Source: the human T2T-CHM13v2.0 reference genome, Homo sapiens
Reading direction: 5' to 3' (one strand)
DNA length: 64,000 bases
NCBI RefSeq assembly: GCF_009914755.1
Contig: NC_060926.1
Part shown: positions 23,812 to 37,430 of the stretch, piece after piece
Layout: each line of letters opens with the position of its first letter
Numbering within the stretch: position 1 is the first letter of the stretch
The notes under the pieces: generated by a model
Told to the model about the DNA's origin: nothing
Seen by the model: the letters and a program-made list of their open reading frames with translations, nothing else
The model's database searches: none
Position numbers and translations under genes: made by a program

Positions 23812-26800
23812 TGATTTTTGGAGGTTTGTGTTGCAGATTTTATTAAATTTATTTTAGCATTTTTGTTATGTTCAGTTATTGAAATCTGGAAACTCCTTTA
23901 AAATGTGGTTAAGAAAAATTTGTATGACCTTTTCTCCATGGAGTTAACTCTCTGTCTTTTACTTCCTAGCTACTCATTAATTTGGGGACTGCATATATTA
24001 AGTTGTGTTTAGTCTATCCTTAATGAGTAGGGTTTTTTTTGTTTTTTTTCTTTATTTTAAACATATATATGCATAAATATACTTGATGAACGATATTATG
24101 AAATATTAACTCTCTTTGAGGCAAACTATAGCCATGTCTATATGACAACAGGTTCTGCGTCATCAGATCTGAAAAAAATCGATTAAAAAACTAACAGGGC
24201 CAAAGAAAGTATTGTTTCTAAGACACTGGAATCATTTATTTTTGTTTCTTTTTATTCAGATACTTTGGTTAAATGCAAATATGGCATATCCTTTCTAAAG
24301 TATCTTATTATTTTAATTAAAACACTAAGCAAACACATTATTAAAGACTAAGATGTGATTTTTAATACCTTTATAAAGAAAATTATTTCTAAGCATTTCT
24401 TTGTGGTTGCCTAAGTGAAACAATATTTTTTTAAGTTGTATCTTTTATCTCTCACTTTTATGATTTGTGACTATCTTTTCAGCAAGCAATAAAATGAATC
24501 ATTACACAGGTCAAATCAACAAACTGATATGGAATTCTTGTAAAGAGTGCAAATAAGAACATGTCCTAGCTTTTAGTTTTAAAGAGTGTATTATCCAATA
24601 ATTAAAGGATTTTACTTTGTCCCAGACCTTACAATGAGAACACAAGGAAGATTGGGGCATTTTTCTGGTTCAGATGAACCACTTAAAGATTGTTAGTGGA
24701 GGAAACAATTGAGCTCAGAAGTCTTGGAACAAGGCTAGAAATGAAATTATGGATGAGGGGACAACATATGGGGTACTATTTTACTTAGAACTATATTCAA
24801 GCCAAAGACATTCCAAATGTAAGAGTTGGTAAAGCTGGAAAAGTCTAGGTCTTTTGCACAAAGAGAACTTATGTACAGAGCAATTTATGTGTATTATCTT
24901 AGTTTGCTTTCAGAGCAACCAATCCTGATACGTGCAGTGCCAAAAAAGGAAGCTTAGGCTTAACTAAATATTTATTCTCACAAGTCTACTGTAGAGTGCT
25001 AGAGCAGAGACCACAGAGTGCTTCTCTCCATAGGAGAAATTGGAGCAGTTCCCTTAGCAGTTCTTACAGCCTTCTTTACAGGTAACAGTCTGTTGCAAGG
25101 AGATGAGATCCACATCAGGCAGATGTCAAAACCATCCTGGCTTATTAGCCTTATCCTCACAGAAGATGATGTTTCCTTGTAACAACTCCATAGGCCTAGC
25201 TTCCAGGAACCAAATAAAACATTTAGAATTACAAGTCTGCATTTAGAAAAGCCCGAAGTTTGCTTTTCTGTTAGTATATATATGCAATTTATCAGTTGCA
25301 GATGCAGTTTATCAATCAGAGTTCACTTTTACCATAAACAATGTAGCCTAGAAACATAGTTAACATTTTTACCCTTTCAAGGTTGCCAGGGGATTACAGT
25401 TAGATAGTTGACTGAAGGTCAAATTTTTTAAACAAAAGGGAAAAACTGTATTTGTAAGCATGTTTAAGTCTAAGTATTTTCTGACAAAGAACATGATTCC
25501 TCAGAATAATTTGAAACATGCCTGAGTGTTCACAGCCAGTAAGTAAAGGACAGGAATTTACCTGAGTCTAAAAGGTCTGGTTTTCCACTGCACTACATTA
25601 TAAAGGAGAAGTATTTAGTTGTTTGTCTCTGCAGCAGTGGGTTTTGACTATTAGTGAATTCCTTCAAATAAATCATATATTGTTTAGAAAGAACAATAAT
25701 AACTAGTGTTTTTAAAATTATTATTTGTGCAGTTGACAACATCTATTCAACATGTTCCTTAAAGAAAAATCTCCCTAAGTCTGTGCTATATTTTGAACTA
25801 AGGTAACTGATAATTGATCAAAGCATTCAACTACTATGATATGTGATCAATTGCAATAAGACACTGGGAGTGCTTTCCGGGGTAGCTTAATGGGCAATGA
25901 CATATTTGATATATGAAAAATCATACTTTTTTTAAAAAGGGATCTAATAGAAGTATGCAATGGTAAGTGATATTTTTGAAAGAGAATATATACACAAAAG
26001 ACCACAGGTACGTAACAAAAATGAAACAATTTTGTTGATTTTTAACTAGAACTGTCTAGAAAAAATACATATTGTTTTTGTTATGCATCTTTATTTTTTC
26101 AAGCTGGCTACTGGTTGAATTTCTGGCATAATAAGCATAAATCAGCCATCTTCTTGCCTATCTTTGGCCATTTATTCCTTTCTTTGTTTTTTAGTGTAAA
26201 TAGCTTGATTCCATGTTTTGAAAGAGCAACAACAAAGGTCTCAATCTTGAAATCTCCTTTGTATCTAATTGCCTTGCTCTTTTAATTTCCTGCTTGCTGC
26301 CTCTTAGGCCTCTTCCGCCACAAACCTATTCTCCATTCCATCATTTCTTACAACAGTGCAGTCCACGATGTTTTCAGTCCTAATCTAAGCAAACTACAAT
26401 CGTCTGGCTGCTGTTCCTCTACCATTTTTATGGCCCACCCCTTACATTTACTTTCATCCCATTTTCAATGTAGTATCATGAGCCAAAAAAAAAAAAAAAA
26501 AATTTCTTTGCCTTTAATTTTGGTAATTTGTAAAAAAAAAGTATCTAGAGTGCTATTTTCAAGATATATTTGCAAATCATCTCTCATACATTCAAATACT
26601 TCGCTTCTGGTTGGAGAGGTTTTCATATAATATGATCCTAGGTATTGCCCATGAAATAGCAGAAATATATATAATTAGTATGTATAAATCATGTTGATTT
26701 AAAATGTATATCTGAAAAGTCCAAAAATGTGATTTCCAATGTACATAAAAATGCCAAAGAGAAGATATATAATGACTGGTTAACATACAATTATTGGAAT

Positions 26801-27461
26801 TTATGAAGAAACTAAAATATAAATATAATGTTTAAAAATATGTGATCATCATGCCCCTGTTTTTATGTTATATTTTTAAGATTCTTAAAAATACAGACCA
26901 AACTATTGTAAGGATTTTATCAAGTAAGACAGATTATTTTTTGCTCTGATAATCACTTTCTACAATGAGTGTCTTACAGTCACAGATACTATAGCTTGTT
27001 TAGTATTTTGAAATGGGAACATCTCTAGCAGTTTTGTTCATTTGGGTCACAGCTGTGCCATCTATTTGCATGTTTACCAAATGGTTACTGAATAACACAT
27101 GCCTAAGAAAACTAAGCTTTTGCAAAAGCTTGTTAATATTTGCAGTCCTCAACTGAACTCGGAGCTCACAAATGGGCTTTTTGCAAAGGAGCCTGAATTC
27201 TTGGCAATGCTTGATAAATGTCAGTCAGTTTCTTTAGCCATCTGCAAATAAAGGTATATTAGACAATGATGACTTCATAACAGTCAAAGTTGTATAATAA
27301 TTAATCCAGGGACACCTGTGCACAGTTCCTTTTACAAAGCTATCACAGTGTATTATACTATAAAAATCATAAAGGATTTTTTAAAGAACAGATTTTATCT
27401 GATGTGCTAGCAAAGCTAAAGATTGAAATAAGCTGCACTGATTATTGGTTATCTTTTACAG

Positions 27462-27602
27462 AGACTCACGTTGCGACATGTTAACAGTAACCAATGTCTC
27501 GATGAACCTTCTGAAGAAGACAAAATGGTGCCTACAATGCAGGACTGTAGTGGAAGCAGATCCCAACAGTGGCTGCTAAGGAACATGACCTTGGGCACAT
27601 GA
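27462..27602 (+). CDS. GALNT13: GALNT13 canonical last coding exon (lectin gamma repeat and stop)
   Basis: Acceptor atcttttacag|AGA. Translates to [46 protein letters not shown] followed by TGA (27600-27602). Confidence 0.97.
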   Translation, partial: RLTLRHVNSNQCLDEPSEEDKMVPTMQDCSGSRSQQWLLRNMTLGT

Positions 27603-28633
27603 AGATCATGTCCTCCAAGCCATGAAAGTGTCTACGCTTTTGTTTTTCCATTATTTCAATTGGGGGAAAATATTAACTTTGCTGAATTGAAAGTTTTAAA
27701 AATCCTTTTAGTATTCTAAAACACAATTGTTTCTAATTCGTTTCTAGAAATGTTTGCTTATTTCCCTACTAAAATTTGTATCTGATCAAAGCACATAAGA
27801 ATATAAATAATAGCAAACTACTATTAAACAACAGAACAACTTGTAAAACAAATTGTGTTTGCTTTAAGAAAAATCTTTATTGCACTCATGTCATAGGGTT
27901 AATTGGAGGTTATTTTATTTTTGGTTGTCATGGTGATTGAAAGAGATAATGTAAATGCCTTATAAAATCTTCATTATGAAATATTATCAGTTGCTTTATA
28001 AACTCACTCTTTTTATGGATCCTTCATGGAAACATGTTTGATTTCTGTGTCTACAACAGGGCCACATATTAAATTACTTCTGAATGGTGAATTCATCTTA
28101 CAAAATGTTCCAAGTTTTGGACAAGGAAAAACATTACATTGGATATTGAATTCATAGAGCCTTTACAGAAGCATCACATTTAAACCAATGTGAATTCAAA
28201 AAAGAGAAGGAAACTTTTTAAATTCAATTTAGAGTACATAAAAAAAGAAATCCGCGAAGCATTGAGGGGAACAAGATGAGTCTAATCCGCAGCACTTCGA
28301 TCACTGTGAGAGAACTCAAAGTGGGTTGCAATCATTCCTAACACAGGCTGAAACTAAACAATCTTGCTCCCAGAGTTTATGTTGGAAACTCAATTCTTAA
28401 CCAAAATCTTGGTCTCCACAAACTCTACCATCCCTTTTCTCTTCACTCTATAGACAGTGGCATGCCATTGATGCTGTACAGAATTGCAGGTGAAAGGGAG
28501 AATTTTAGACTTAATTTTTAACTCTATTGCACTTAAAGATTTTAGTTAGGTTACCACTGTCATTTTCATTTTCTATGTTAAAGAATACCTTTCAGTGCTA
28601 TGCTCCAGTATCTAAAAATTTTATCACCAGGGG

Positions 28634-28659
28634 AATAAACTCAATACACATTCATTAAA
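28634..28659 (+). terminator. Proximal candidate poly(A) signals
   Basis: AATAAA 28634-28639 and ATTAAA 28654-28659 followed by ttttgttgt. Confidence 0.45.
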
Positions 28660-29214
28660 CTTTTGTTGTAATTAAACTGCTATATATTGTTTGCCATATA
28701 TTATGGCCCAAGGAATATAGTTATAATCAGGCTACATTCACATTTTCTTTTCTCATCTTAAAACCCTTTATGTTCAAAATACATTAGCAGAGGCCATGAA
28801 AGTGAAAAAAAATCAGATTTTTGCTAGTAAGTTTTTATATTTGACATCATTTTAAATGCTCAAAGAGTTGCCCTATATATGCATGTTATCCATTATAAAT
28901 GCACTCAGCAGCTAAGAGAAATTTGAGAGGAAAAGTGGAAGAAGTGTTTTCTGGAGCAGAAGATTCCACTTCTTTGGTCCTCATCTTTACTTAAAAAGCT
29001 CTTATAGAAAGGATTAATCATTTTGACTGCATACAAACTATGTCTCTGACATGCACATACACTGCTTTATAATGAAAATGAGGACACTTTCTGATGGTCA
29101 GTAAAATCTTAAATGATTTTTGCCACTGGTATTCCTTCCTCTTTTGACTTTTTATTGGTACAACTGTAGGGAAGAATCTACAACCTGGAGCATTTCAGGT
29201 TTGCTCTTTAAATA

Positions 29215-29378
29215 TAGACACCCCTCACCATGAGCTCTCTGTGAATCCGTGAATTTCCTAAAATTGTAAGCAAAATGTTGAATATCAGGGCATTTTTTTT
29301 TCTGAGGTGGGAGTATGTCACTCACAGCAAACTTGGAAAGAAGGCTATGACTCCCAAGAGGCAGTGAACCATTGCCTT
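29215..29378. mobile_element. hAT-Charlie MITE remnant (MER103-like) in the 3'UTR
   Basis: tccgtgaatttcctaaaattgtaagcaaaatgttg...gcatttttttttctgagg...tatgactcccaagaggcagtgaaccattg. Confidence 0.45.
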
Positions 29379-29964
29379 AAATTAATAGCAGCCTCTCAAG
29401 TCCATTGAGGCCTCATGTAAAATTCCCATTTTTCATTTTTACACTCCTTTTCTCCCCTCATTTCCTCTTCTCCTTACTAAGGTAAAAAGACCCTGCACAG
29501 CATTATTACTTAAGTTGAAAAAGCTTCAACTCTCAAGGACTCATGTATACCATATGTTCCACTTATTGCTTTGTTAGTCAAAATGCATGTTATGTAGAAA
29601 ATGGTCAATGGCAAATTTTTATAAATACAGCTACCCCATCAAAGCTGAACTTGAAACGTTTTAGCAGAATTTTAAATATGTGAAAGTTCATTGTGGTCAT
29701 GGTGAGAAAACTAAAACTACATGAGTTTCATGTTAGAAAAGAATTTTTAAACAATCTTCAGATGGCTTGAACACGTGCCATTATAGTATCTAACAAAAAG
29801 TGGCATAAAATATTACAAAACATCCAACACTAGAAAGCAATGACTAACATTTAATTTGTTTACAAAAATGTTTATTGTCTTCAGTACAAAAAGTTAAAAC
29901 CATGATTGGATTCATAATGCACTTGTCTTATCCCTTATTTATGGAGCTAGACTGACATATTTCA

Positions 29965-30796
29965 AACCAATCTCTTCTGTGGTCTTCTCCATCTCAGTTA
30001 ATGCAACTTCAACCTTCCAGATGCTCAGGTCAAAAACTGAAAGTTGCTTTTGACTCCTCTATTTCTGTTTCAACTCTCGTCTAATCCAACAGCAAATCCC
30101 CTTGATGCTACCTTTGAAATATAACTAGAAAAGAATGACTTGCCACCATATCCACTAGGTGTCACTACCTCTAACCTTTTTAATCGCAATATGCTTATTA
30201 TTTAGTTCCCTAATTTCCCAGTCCTTGTCTTGAACAATCTTTTCTCAGTACAACAGCCATAGTGATTCTGTTAACCATGAATTTGATTGTGTCACTTCCC
30301 TGCTCACAATCTTCCAATGACTTCTCCCTCCGGTGGCCTTCAAGGTCCTTTATGAGTGTTACCCCTCTACACGTCCACACCACTCACCACACATACATAC
30401 ACATGCACACACACACACATGCAATTCTACCTTTTTCTAACACCATCTCTTATCTCTCATTATTCTGCCTCTTACTTACCCTATTATGGCTCCCAAGAAA
30501 GTTCCTGCTTTAGTGTTTTGTTCCCTCTGCCCCAGAGAGCTCCCCTTAGTGATCTCAGTTCAAATATTATCTTATCAGTAAGACAAACCCTTCTCCCATC
30601 TGCCTTCCCTATCCCCTGTACCTGACAATCTATGAGTTTGCTTCTTTATTTCTGTCTATACTTCCCCCTCCCCAGCCCCAAACATGCCCATCACATGCCC
30701 TAGAAGGTAAGTCCCATGAAGGCAGGGGCTTTGTCAGTTTTGTTCATTTGGTATTTCTGGCATATATATTCTCTAAATATTTCTTGAATTAATGAA
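29965..30796 (+). mobile_element. L2 LINE 3' fragment within the 3'UTR
   Basis: ccatctcagttaatgcaacttcaaccttccagatgctcagg...tagaaggtaagtcccatgaaggcaggggctttgtc...aaatatttcttgaattaatgaa. Confidence 0.8.
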
Positions 30797-31008
30797 CTGA
30801 AAAATGTGTGTTAAAGTTGCTAAGTGTAACTGTATCATACTTTTTTTGTATTTTAAATTTTAAAATAAAGGCTAATATATTTAGACAGGATTTCCAAAAA
30901 CTTTGTCTTCAAATTTTAATTTTCTTCCTAATATTCTTCACATTAAACTATGGACTCTAATTTTCTGGATAAAATATCCTGCCTTATGGAAATGAAATAT
31001 GAAATTTT

Positions 31009-31080
31009 ATTAAAATGCTGCTATATTACATAAGTTGCTTCATTAAGCTAAAAATGGTTTTTATTTTTTGGTTGTGTCCA
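31009..31080 (+). terminator. Candidate main poly(A) site
   Basis: ATTAAA 31009-31014, CA at 31029-31030, then a U/GU-rich downstream element (ggtttttattttttggttgtgt). Confidence 0.6.
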
Positions 31081-31352
31081 ATGGCCACTTGAAGGTATAA
31101 GATTTTGACTTTCAGAGGAGAGATATCACTGTCTTAAAAATTATGTATTTTCATGATTTCTTAAGAACTATTACTAAATTTATCTTCTAAGTGCAGTCAA
31201 TGGAATAAACACAGAGATTTTTAAAGGACTTTACAGATGACCTTGTCTTAGTTTCTCTGTTTATAGATAATAAGACTGAAACCCAGATATGTAATATAAC
31301 TTTTCTAAGGATCATATATCTAAAGTGGTGTTGCCTGGACCCCTTATTGTTA

Positions 31353-31733
<381 letters not shown>

Positions 31734-33194
31734 TTAGAAATATTTAAATTCTTACTAGTCATTTAAATAAAATTAGTTCTTTAAAATAATACAAGCACTA
31801 AGACCTACAGCAGAAATAAACTAGAAACAGCATGATTACAGGAACATGCAAGCATCATTTGGCAAACTGGGTTTCAGGGAAGCAAAGCCTTTTCAGTAGT
31901 AACTAATGGAACATACTCACTTTCATTTTCCTTCTAATTATCTTCAGGTTAAAAGTAAGGTTTGGCCTACAGCTTGCACAGAGAATTAGACCACCTATTA
32001 CTGTGAAGATTAGGTTCTATGTTATGGAGCTTCAAAGACTGCAGGGAAATCAGCAGAGATTTCTAGGCTTCCCAGTGGAGCTCTGTAAACTCTGGTAAAC
32101 ACAATCCATAAATTTGATTTTGCCATGGTGCTTAGAAACAGTCTAATAAAAAGGAAAAAAGTGTACAGAGAGAGAAAAATAACTACACTAAAACAGAACT
32201 GTTTTTACCTTTTTAAAAAATTTGGTGGGAGGTTAGGATCATATTCTGAATTAGTTCGGTAAACCTCAAAATACTGTCTCCCACCGCACATGGTTTCACC
32301 ACTTAAGAAATGATGATCGTATCTGCTCACAACCATTTTACTTGCATCTCATTTACAGATGCTAAATCTAGTCTCAGAGGAGGCAAAACATGTATGCATT
32401 CTTAAGTTATAAAGTGTACTGATTTCACAAATATGAAGAATTTTAGAAATTCAAATTTTTAATGGATGTGTCACCATCTACAGCTGTCATCCTGCATGGC
32501 TGATATCTGCTGCAAATCTTGAATAAATTTCCAGTTCAGTTGGGCAGCAAAAACTCAATTAGCTCTAAAGGCAGCTTGTGTTTCAGGATTCCGCCACTGC
32601 CCATTTTCCCCAATATGTCAAAATATGGAATAGGTGAAATCAGCCCCTCTTATGTATAGTACATGGACACATCTGTTGTGACTACACCATGTTCGAACTG
32701 CTACTAAATATCAGCTATTGTATGAATTTATGGTGTTGAATGAGCACCAGCAATGTGTTTTAAATAATTTGTGTATATGTGTAGCCCAGTTTGTTTTATA
32801 TTGGTCAATAAATTCTAAAGACAATTTTCACTGTATTTGTTTTAAAAGAAAAATCCCTCTGAAATACTGGTGAATTCAGGCAGCTCTTTTCTTAAGGATC
32901 CTTTAAGATAAAGACCACTTCTGCGATACTTGTGTTACGTTATATAAAGTTATTTTGTTTTTGTTTTTAGCTAGGGAGAACAAATCACTCAATATTCTGT
33001 TTTTAATGAGTTAGAATGAGAATGGAAAATTAGATGATTAAGGCTATATCTATAATGTTTTTTAAAAATGAGATTTTCATCATGCATTCCATTGGTGTGA
33101 AAACGAAAGTAAGCTGCTGCTTGGTTCCAGTTGTGCTGAAATTTCTGCTAAAAATAGCACGAGGGGGAAAAAAGAACTTGATGATTACATGTCT

Positions 33195-33244
33195 TTTTTT
33201 GTTTTTTTTTTTTTGTATTTCAGCTTTTTTTGTTTTGTTTTGTT

Positions 33245-33283
<39 letters not shown>

Positions 33284-33284
33284 T
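33195..33284. repeat. T-rich / (GTTTT)n / (GTT)n microsatellite
   Basis: Poly-T runs followed by gttttgttttgttttgttgttgttg... Confidence 0.95.
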
Positions 33285-33521
33285 GGTCAGTGTAGCCACA
33301 GCTAGAAAGGAGTAATTTCAAAAATGTTTTAGATATATGCTTGGCACATGGTTCTTTAACATTTATAAAAGTAGATTGTGCATAATGACAGATTTTAAAT
33401 ACTGTAAGCATTATTAGATGATATAATTGTTCTTTTGCTGTAAATTTAAATATGTATACATTTTTGTAGAGTTAAAATATGCCAATTTAGTTTTCCTTTG
33501 GTATATATTGCCTTTTTGGAA

Positions 33522-33603
33522 AATAAATGGTTAACATTTCAAATAGATAAACAACGTCACTATTTTATGCTTAACCTCCATGTTTGTGGATTATTTAAAT
33601 AAA
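33522..33603 (+). terminator. Distal candidate poly(A) signals
   Basis: AATAAA at 33522-33527 and 33598-33603; tgttgtgtt about 40 nt downstream of the second. Confidence 0.5.
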
Positions 33604-34008
33604 TGATTAAGTGCCTATGAATATCTCCTAGCACCAAGAAAATGTTGTGTTCCCAGTACAATTTTGTTATCAAAATATATAAAATAGAAACACTAAAATA
33701 TGCATGATTTTAAAGCATTTATTTTTATTTATTTTTGATTCTGAAATGATTTGAGGTGGATTTTTTTTCTTTCTGTTTTATAAAAATGACTAAAAATAGA
33801 AAAATTTAAAAGTCTCACATCAATGATAAAAATTATTTTTCAGAATATAGACCATACCCAATACCTGGCTTCTGAGACTGGAATCCTAAGACAGTGTGTC
33901 AGGGTGAGAGAAGATGGAGAGAAGCTGCCCACTCCACAGCACAGCGCAGGATCAACTCTTCAGTCTTAACCACTAAGATAATCAAAAAGAGCATTTAATT
34001 TTCTAAGG

Positions 34009-34107
34009 TGGAGAAAGGAAGGAAGGGGAGGAAGAGGGAAGCAAGAATAAAGAAGAAGGAAAGGAAAGGAAAGGGAAGGGGAGGGGAGGGAAGGGAAGAG
34101 AGAAAGA
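34009..34107. repeat. Polypurine (GA-rich) tract with a G-quadruplex motif
   Basis: Almost pure A/G for about 100 bp; GGG-AA-GGGG-A-GGGG-A-GGG-AA-GGG at 34073-34095. Confidence 0.9.
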
Positions 34108-35109
34108 CGATGCTAATAATCTGTTTTCATAATTTTATTCTGAAGAGACTCATCTGAAATTTCCTGTTCAGAAGTCCATTGATTTGCAAACATGAACACC
34201 TCGCTAGTTTTCCGCAACTTATAACTGTCAGCAAGTGTAAAGGACATTTCTAGATTTTGTCCCTTCTTGGCTTTCTGTAAACCAAGTGTGACTCCAGATA
34301 CCCAACTCTGTTACTCTCTTTTCGGTTACTCTTGTCCACGCACAGCATACATTTCCAGCAGTAACCAGGTACTCAAGTATAACCTAATAAAGCAACCCCA
34401 CCCACTTCAGGCTTTGATAGATCCATAACTTACCCTGTCTTGCTTTTCTTCAGCACCTGGTAGAAACAGAATGTGAGCTCTCATGCTCAGAACTGTGCTT
34501 TCGTCTTCCTCCTCAGCCAAGGAGACTCTTAGGTAGGCTTTCTGTTGACTCACTCATTTTCTGACATCATGAATTTTTTCCCCCGCAGGACAGAGGATAT
34601 TAATCACCAATCTCTGCTTCCACTGTGGGAAAGAGGTGGTAGGTAGCCCACTGAAATTCTTTTGACAGAAGTCTCTTCACCAATTTTTTGAAGTGAAAAA
34701 CTAGGTAAACATGCAAACATCTAAAACAGATTTTACAGTTTTCTCTGCAACACAAAACACCTGAACTTACTGCAGCAAGCACTCTATCTCCTACATGATA
34801 ATATATATAAGGTGGAGGCTGTGAAATCAACATTGTCTAAACAATTGAGATCAGAATTTAAAACACCCTTCCTTAAGACTAATGGGACCTGTGTTCTCAG
34901 CCCTGAGCCTGCAGCTTGCTTTCCCTATGTACCTGTGAAACGTTTTGGCTTTTAAACAACGACATGAAGTTAAGTTGCATATATAAAAGCACTTCAAATT
35001 TCTTCCTTTATTTATATGGACCAAAGGGGTGGAGAATCCATTTTTTCCCACAATAGTTAGCTTTTTAAAACTCTAGTTTCCATTAGTGGATTTAGAATCA
35101 TTTGCCTCA

Positions 35110-36312
35110 GCAGCTCACCAACTCCTCCTTTGGATATTCTTTCTTCATTTTTTGGTTTTCCTTCCACCTCATTGGCCATTGATTTCCAGTTTCCTTTGCT
35201 AAGCTTTCCCTTCTTTCTCCCATGTCTTAATATTGGAGTGCCTCGAGGTGCAGTCCTTGGCCTTCTCAATTTGCATTGACTCTTTGGTGATCTCATCCAG
35301 AAGCACATATTTCAATGTCTCCGATGCTGATGACTCCCAAATATCTCTATCCAGTTCAAAAACTGCCTACTTGACATCTACACTTGGATAACTAATAGAC
35401 ACCTGAAACTTGGTTTGTCCAAAACTTAACTTTTTGCCTTCTCCTACAAATCTGTTCAACCCAGAGATTTCCATCTCAGTTGATGGCAACTCCATTTTGC
35501 CAGCTGCTCAGGCCTAAAATCTTGGTATCCTTGAAATCTCTCTCTCCATTAGAAAATCTCCTTAATTCCACCTTCACAGTGTTTGCTGAATCTGACCACT
35601 TCTTAACACCTCAACTACTCCCATTCTGGTCTGTACCACCAACTAAATGATAGCCGGAGTCTCCTGACTGGTTTCCAAGTTGCTTCCACCCTTGCCTCCT
35701 CCATAGTCTGTTCTCAGAGAGAGCCTTAAATTTATATAAAAAAATTGTTTAAAAGAGAACCAGAATAATGATATAAAATGTAACTCAGATATGTCTCTCT
35801 TCTGCTCAAAACTATCCAGTGGCTTCCTGTTTTGCATAAAGTAAAAGGCTATGTCCTTATAAAAGCCAACAACACTGCATGCTGATCTGGCCCCTGTTAA
35901 CTCTCTGACCTCCTCCCATACAATGTTTCCCCTTATTCACTTCATCCCAAGCACTGTGTCCATGCCTGAACAAGCCAGGCATGTCTTTGGTTTAGGGCCT
36001 CTACCTGGAATACTTGTTCCTAGATGTCTACATGGGAACTCATTAGCCTTGATCACAACTAAATTCTCTATGAGATCCCCCATCTACTCTTTGTAATACT
36101 GTAGTCTAATTTACTTAGTTATCACTTTTAATGCTTAGTTGTTTATTGCTTCTCTCTCTCTACCCCTCACCCCTACCAAGCACCCTCACCCCTTGAATAA
36201 AAGGTACTGCAAAACAGGAATCTTAATTTCATTGTGATATACTGCAAGTATCTAGAATAATACCTGGCACGTTCTAGGCACCCAATACATATGTGTTGAG
36301 TATCAAGTGAAT
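35110..36312 (+). mobile_element. L2 LINE 3' fragment
   Basis: ttggagtgcctcgaggtgcagtccttgg, tgctgatgactcccaaatatctctatccag, ccatctcagttgatggcaactccat, cctggcacgttctaggcacccaatacatatgtgttgag. Confidence 0.85.
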
Positions 36313-37239
36313 TTCCATCTTTCCTTTCTATTGGTGCATTGTATTCCATGCAAGGGACTTGGGAGTTGGTGGGAAAAGGGTTGGAGGCAGAGAGAGAACT
36401 TTAACATTTTTCTTGTTCTTCTTTATATTGATACAGTTTAACCTCCACTACACTTTTTAATGTCCTCCTACTAATAGGGTTATGTCATTTATCTTCATTG
36501 CAAAACTATTAATTTTTAAGGGAATGGATGCATTTGGAACTTGAGACAATTCCATAATCACACAACTATTAGGCTAATTATATTTGATATGACCCAGATG
36601 AGCATTTTTTTCTCTAATGGAAGGATGGTTTGGGGGCATAGAATAATGGAATGTTAGCATGACAAGGCAGCTGGAGATGTCATTATAAAAAACTAAAAAA
36701 GTTGCAGTAGATTATTTGTACAAATTTATTGTGATGTCTTTCTAAGGCTTATTTCTGAAAACTACATACTTAGACATTCCTAAGGATACATATGTTTAAA
36801 GGAAATGTGTAGTATAAATTTATAGATTCCAAGTTAAAATAAAATACTGAAAATTACATCCTCCCTCCTGTGCCTTTTATTAGGGTCACCATTTGTGTGC
36901 ACAAGTTTCTGGAGATAGGTATGGAGATGGGCTTCTCTCTCTGATGTTTGTCAAAATCTTAGGTGGTGTTAGCTCTACACTAAATATGACATTCTCTTAT
37001 CTTCCATCTACTATGGACAGATCCAGGAGGTGCTAACTATCCTACCACAATTGGCAAGAGGTGGGAGTACAGGTTCTTTTTAACTGCATTGCAGGACCAG
37101 ACTCTGAAGACAGCTGCTTAGATCTAACAGTGATTTCTTTCAGTAACAATCAAGTAGGAGAAGAGCCACATTTGCTTAGGTAACTGCTCAGTTCAGTTTT
37201 CTTTAACTTGAAATAGAATCTGACCTTTTTATCCTATAG

Positions 37240-37430
37240 GTAGTATAGTAGGAAGAGTATGGATTTTGAAGCCAGGTAACTAAAGTTGTCATCCCACATG
37301 GGCCACCTACCATCTAAGCTGACAGTTGTACTTGTCCATATCAACACCAGTGCCCACCTCAGGCCCACCTTGAAGGGCTTTTGTGAGGGTTAGCAATGAT
37401 TCAGGTAAAGTGCCTCTTGCAGCAAATGTT
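37240..37430 (+). mobile_element. MIR fragment
   Basis: gtagtatagtaggaagagtatggattttgaagccagg...ttgtgagggttagcaatgattcaggtaaagtgcct. Confidence 0.6.

Noticed and set aside
26485-26500. Isolated poly-A tract as a processed pseudogene tail (also 10809, 39839, 61847)
   Set aside because: No upstream coding or snRNA similarity and no flanking TSD that I could identify.
33030-33411. ORFs with poly-Thr, poly-Val or poly-Asn
   Set aside because: Translations of the (GTT)n microsatellite.
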